Part shown: piece after piece, positions 29,191 through 32,000 of the stretch
How positions within the stretch are numbered: the stretch's first letter is position 1
Layout of the letters: each line of letters starts with the position of its first letter
Origin: Candidatus Harpocratesius repetitus
Lineage (GTDB): Archaea > Asgardarchaeota > Lokiarchaeia > Sigyniarchaeales > Promethearchaeaceae
DNA length: 32,000 nucleotides
NCBI GenBank assembly: GCA_021498095.1
Contig: JAIZWK010000001.1
Location: forward strand, 30,001-62,000
Direction: 5' to 3'
Position numbers and translations under genes: made by a program
The notes under the pieces: model-generated
The model's database searches: none
Seen by the model: the letters and a program-made list of their open reading frames with translations, nothing else
Told to the model about the DNA's origin: nothing

Positions 29191-29306
29191 TTTACCATAT
29201 TATTGGCAATATTCCAACACTTTTTCCTTATTTTTCGCCTTATTTTTTCTATTTGCTAGTAATTGGTTTCAGTACCTTTTTTATTTACATTAACATAATT
29301 CAAACT

Positions 29307-29927
29307 ATGAAAGTTCTTCTTTTGAATGGGAGCACTTTGAAAGAACACTCACAACAGAAATTTTTCGATTTTCTAGTTGAATATCTGAATTCATTGCCCA
29401 TAGATCTTCAAATAATCCATTTAAAGGATAAAAAAATCGCTTATTGTAACGGATGTTTCTATTGTTGGGTTAAAACTCCAGGTAAATGTATAATTAAAGA
29501 TGATTCAGAAGAAATCGCTAAAAAAATAATCCAAAGCGATCTTTTAATATATTTTACACCTATTACGTTTGGTGGATATTCTTCTCTGCTAAAAAGAGCA
29601 TTAGATCGACAAATTTGCTTGATATCTCCATTCTTTACAAAAATAAAAGGTGAAGTTCATCACAAAAAGCGCTATAATAAATATCCTTCACTCTTGGGAA
29701 TTGGATATCAAAAACAAACAACTAATCCACAGATGTCGGGTAATGATCTTGTTGAACAACAGATTTTTTCAAAATTACTCAAACGAAATTCAATTAATTT
29801 TTACTCTCCAATTACCCAAGCTCATATTTATGAAATGGGAACAGATAAAAATGAATTCATGAATAAATTAGACAAAAGTCTATATTTAATCATGGAATTA
29901 AATAATCAAGAGGTTTCAGCAAAATAA
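29307..29927 (+). CDS. Iron-sulfur flavoprotein-like (NAD(P)H-dependent FMN reductase family)
   Basis: MKVLLLNGS, the Cys cluster YCNGCFYCWVKTPGKC and LIYFTPITFGGYSSLLKRALDR. ATG 29307 is preferred over 29151. Confidence 0.85.
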   Translation: MKVLLLNGSTLKEHSQQKFFDFLVEYLNSLPIDLQIIHLKDKKIAYCNGCFYCWVKTPGKCIIKDDSEEIAKKIIQSDLLIYFTPITFGGYSSLLKRALDRQICLISPFFTKIKGEVHHKKRYNKYPSLLGIGYQKQTTNPQMSGNDLVEQQIFSKLLKRNSINFYSPITQAHIYEMGTDKNEFMNKLDKSLYLIMELNNQEVSAK

Positions 29928-30658
29928 ATTCACAAAACAATTCAGACAATCATGTTATTCACAATTCAAACCACAAAATCAACCGAAATGCAGTTTTACT
30001 TATAGGAAGCCCGAAAAAAGCAAAGAGTGCTTCAATGTCTCTAGGTTCATTTCTGACGAATTCTCTTCATGATTATGGGTTTGAAATTGAGATAAAATTC
30101 CTTTATACTTCAATTGATAAAACAGATCAAATGGAAGCTCTTTTTTCAAAATTGGATCATGCAGATTTAGTCATTCTTTCCAGTCCCCTTTACGTTGACT
30201 GTCTTCCAGCTGTAGTCATTAGATTTATGGAAAAATACCAAGAACATCGAGAAATAATTTCTACTCAGGATAATAGTTATAAATCAAAATTTGTTTCTAT
30301 ATTAAACTGTGGATTTCCTGAAAGTGAACATAATCATATTGCTCTCTCCATTTGTAAACAGTTTTCATCTCGGATTCAATGGAAATGGTTAGGAGGATTA
30401 GCAATTGGTATGGGGGGTTTTATTAGTGGCCGAAATATTAACCATTTAGGAGCACCTGTAAAAAAACTAACTCAATCATTGAAAATTGCTGCAGAATATA
30501 TAAATAAAGGAGAGGAAATTCCTGAAAATATCTTGAGGGCAGTATCCTTACCTTTAATGCCAAAAAAAATGTATACTTCTATAGGTAATTTGGGTTGGAA
30601 AAAAATGGCAAAGAATTTCAAAATGAAAAAACATCTGAAAGATAGACCTTATTCGTAA
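29924..30658 (+). CDS. Second flavodoxin-fold protein, probable non-canonical ATA start
   Basis: The frame is open from 29906 and contains the family N-terminal motif AVLLIGSPKKAKSAS upstream of ATG 30035. Also VILSSPLYVDCLP and LNCGFPE. Confidence 0.75.
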   Translation: MNSQNNSDNHVIHNSNHKINRNAVLLIGSPKKAKSASMSLGSFLTNSLHDYGFEIEIKFLYTSIDKTDQMEALFSKLDHADLVILSSPLYVDCLPAVVIRFMEKYQEHREIISTQDNSYKSKFVSILNCGFPESEHNHIALSICKQFSSRIQWKWLGGLAIGMGGFISGRNINHLGAPVKKLTQSLKIAAEYINKGEEIPENILRAVSLPLMPKKMYTSIGNLGWKKMAKNFKMKKHLKDRPYS

Positions 30659-30844
30659 TTCCATGATTTTTTAATTCCAAAATGATTTTAGATTTTTTAA
30701 AATAGATCTTAATATTAGCAGAGTGATCTGTTTCCTTAAAATCACCTTCATGTTTTAGCATCATTTTTTTAATCATTGATAAGAGAAATCTTCCAGACTT
30801 TCGTGAAGTTGCTATGTTCTTATGAATTTTTTTTAATTAAGTAG

Positions 30845-30971
30845 ATTCTAACTAAGAAACTAATTTTATTCAACTTTGCGTAAAAATTATTTAAGTTGTC
30901 CCCCTTACATGAAAGAAAACCGAAGTGCACTCTATAATTGAGCAGTATTTCCATTAATTAATTTTTTTATA
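30845..30971 (-). repeat. ~128-bp inverted repeat, right copy
   Basis: Reverse complement of 24374-24502. Confidence 0.9.
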
Positions 30972-31343
30972 TTGTCAAGCCTTTTTATCGTGGGCAAATA
31001 TTCTTGGTGCTTTGTCGTTTTAACACTGATAATTCAAATAATTGTTGTGATTAGCAATTTTAAAGCAATGTATGATGCTAAAGTCACACTTGATTTACTT
31101 TCTCCAGATTATCTGTCTTATAATATATTTAAAACCAAATATAAGCGAGGAATTGCACTCGCAAGATTTGCGATTATTTGGGCCTTTGTTTCAGCTGTGG
31201 TTATGGCAGGACTTGATACCTCTCTCGAAAGAAATATCCATTTATTTTTTATCATTTTTTATAGTTATTTACGAGGATGTTTTATCTTTTTTAATTTAAA
31301 CGCTTTTTTGAATAACATTCATATATCTCCGACTTATATCTGA
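30972..31343 (+). CDS. Possible small 2-TM membrane protein or gene fragment
   Basis: Two hydrophobic segments. Only TTG/GTG starts are available, and the 3' end is supplied by the 312-bp repeat. Confidence 0.3.
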   Translation: MSSLFIVGKYSWCFVVLTLIIQIIVVISNFKAMYDAKVTLDLLSPDYLSYNIFKTKYKRGIALARFAIIWAFVSAVVMAGLDTSLERNIHLFFIIFYSYLRGCFIFFNLNAFLNNIHISPTYI

Positions 31344-31584
31344 AATATCGCAATCTTCTTTTGTCGAACTCGTTTTTTTCAAAGAATTTGTTAAAAATAT
31401 ACCGTCTTGTTTATAAATTCTTCAATCTGAAGTCGATTTTATTATAATTTTTGATTTACATATCTTGAATTTGGCACCTTGGTAAAATCGACAAAAAATA
31501 AAGAAGACTATTTTGGATTTGAGTCTGAAGAATTAAGATGATGAAATGAAAAACTTCGAATCTTTGAAATTTAAAATACCCTCA
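31273..31584 (+). repeat. ~312-bp dispersed direct repeat, copy 2
   Basis: About 95% identical to 12528-12840. No flanking duplication in this copy. Confidence 0.9.
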
Positions 31585-31632
31585 TAAGAAATAGCGAAAT
31601 TTTGTAAAATCATAGTATTAAAGAATTGTCAC

Positions 31633-32000
31633 TTATATAATCGAATAGGGAGAATTAGGCAGCTTTTTCTTGAATTTCTGCAAAATATCTTGAATCAAAG
31701 GATCGCTGGAAGGTAAATTCTCCTGGAGAAGCGTCAAAATTGAAGGTGAAGCCAGCATCAGCAGTAGTTTCCGATGTCGAGCCGTAAATCCGTGAGGGAA
31801 TGAATAGGGATCCAGGGAGACCGCTTTTTTTGAGCTGTGGATTTTGATGTATACAAACGCCATATCGGGAATGGTGGGCGGATTGAACGGAATCTCGAGT
31901 TTAGGAAATTTGCCGACTATTTCGGAATAGGTATATGTTTTAATATCCTTATTTGGCATTTTAATATAACTTAAAATAAAATCTATTTTGCGTGATTGAG
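31633..32000 (-). CDS. 5'-truncated paralog of the 332-aa hypothetical protein
   Basis: The frame is open to the window edge (QSRKIDFILSYIKMPNKDIKTYTY...). There are 7 differences in the last 102 aa versus 18173-19171. Confidence 0.85.
   Translation of the reverse strand, partial: QSRKIDFILSYIKMPNKDIKTYTYSEIVGKFPKLEIPFNPPTIPDMAFVYIKIHSSKKAVSLDPYSFPHGFTARHRKLLLMLASPSILTLLQENLPSSDPLIQDILQKFKKKLPNSPYSII

Noticed and set aside
28330-29306. N-terminal extensions of RNase III (from 28330) and the flavoprotein (from 29151)
   Set aside because: They overlap upstream genes and precede ATGs that sit at the family-typical N-termini.

Overview
AT-rich 32-kb window that most resembles an Asgard archaeon (Lokiarchaeia-like). 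This is inferred from three surface proteins ending in IPGY + TM helix + basic tail, a multi-TM protein fused to a longin-like domain, an archaeal RecJ-like DHH nuclease and T-tract terminators. Left third: a partial membrane protein, a hypothetical gene, a decayed IS4-superfamily transposase, the TM-longin protein, a secreted PPC-Ig-PPC-caspase-fold peptidase, an MFS transporter, an AbiE type IV toxin-antitoxin pair, a RecJ-like nuclease and a flavodoxin. From about 12.5 kb the region is rearranged and repeat-rich. It holds two ~312-bp direct repeats 18.7 kb apart and a full-length plus an internally deleted family-5 solute-binding surface protein. It also holds a beta-helix surface protein, two large unknown genes (one GC-rich and duplicated at the window end) and a 1.47-kb IS with 26-bp TIRs. 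A 6.6-kb cassette (MacB-type ABC exporter, MarR, bacterial-type RNase III, two flavoproteins) is bounded by ~128-bp inverted repeats and contains no recombinase. No rRNA, tRNA or CRISPR array was seen. All family assignments come from motif recognition by eye, and identities are hand counts.
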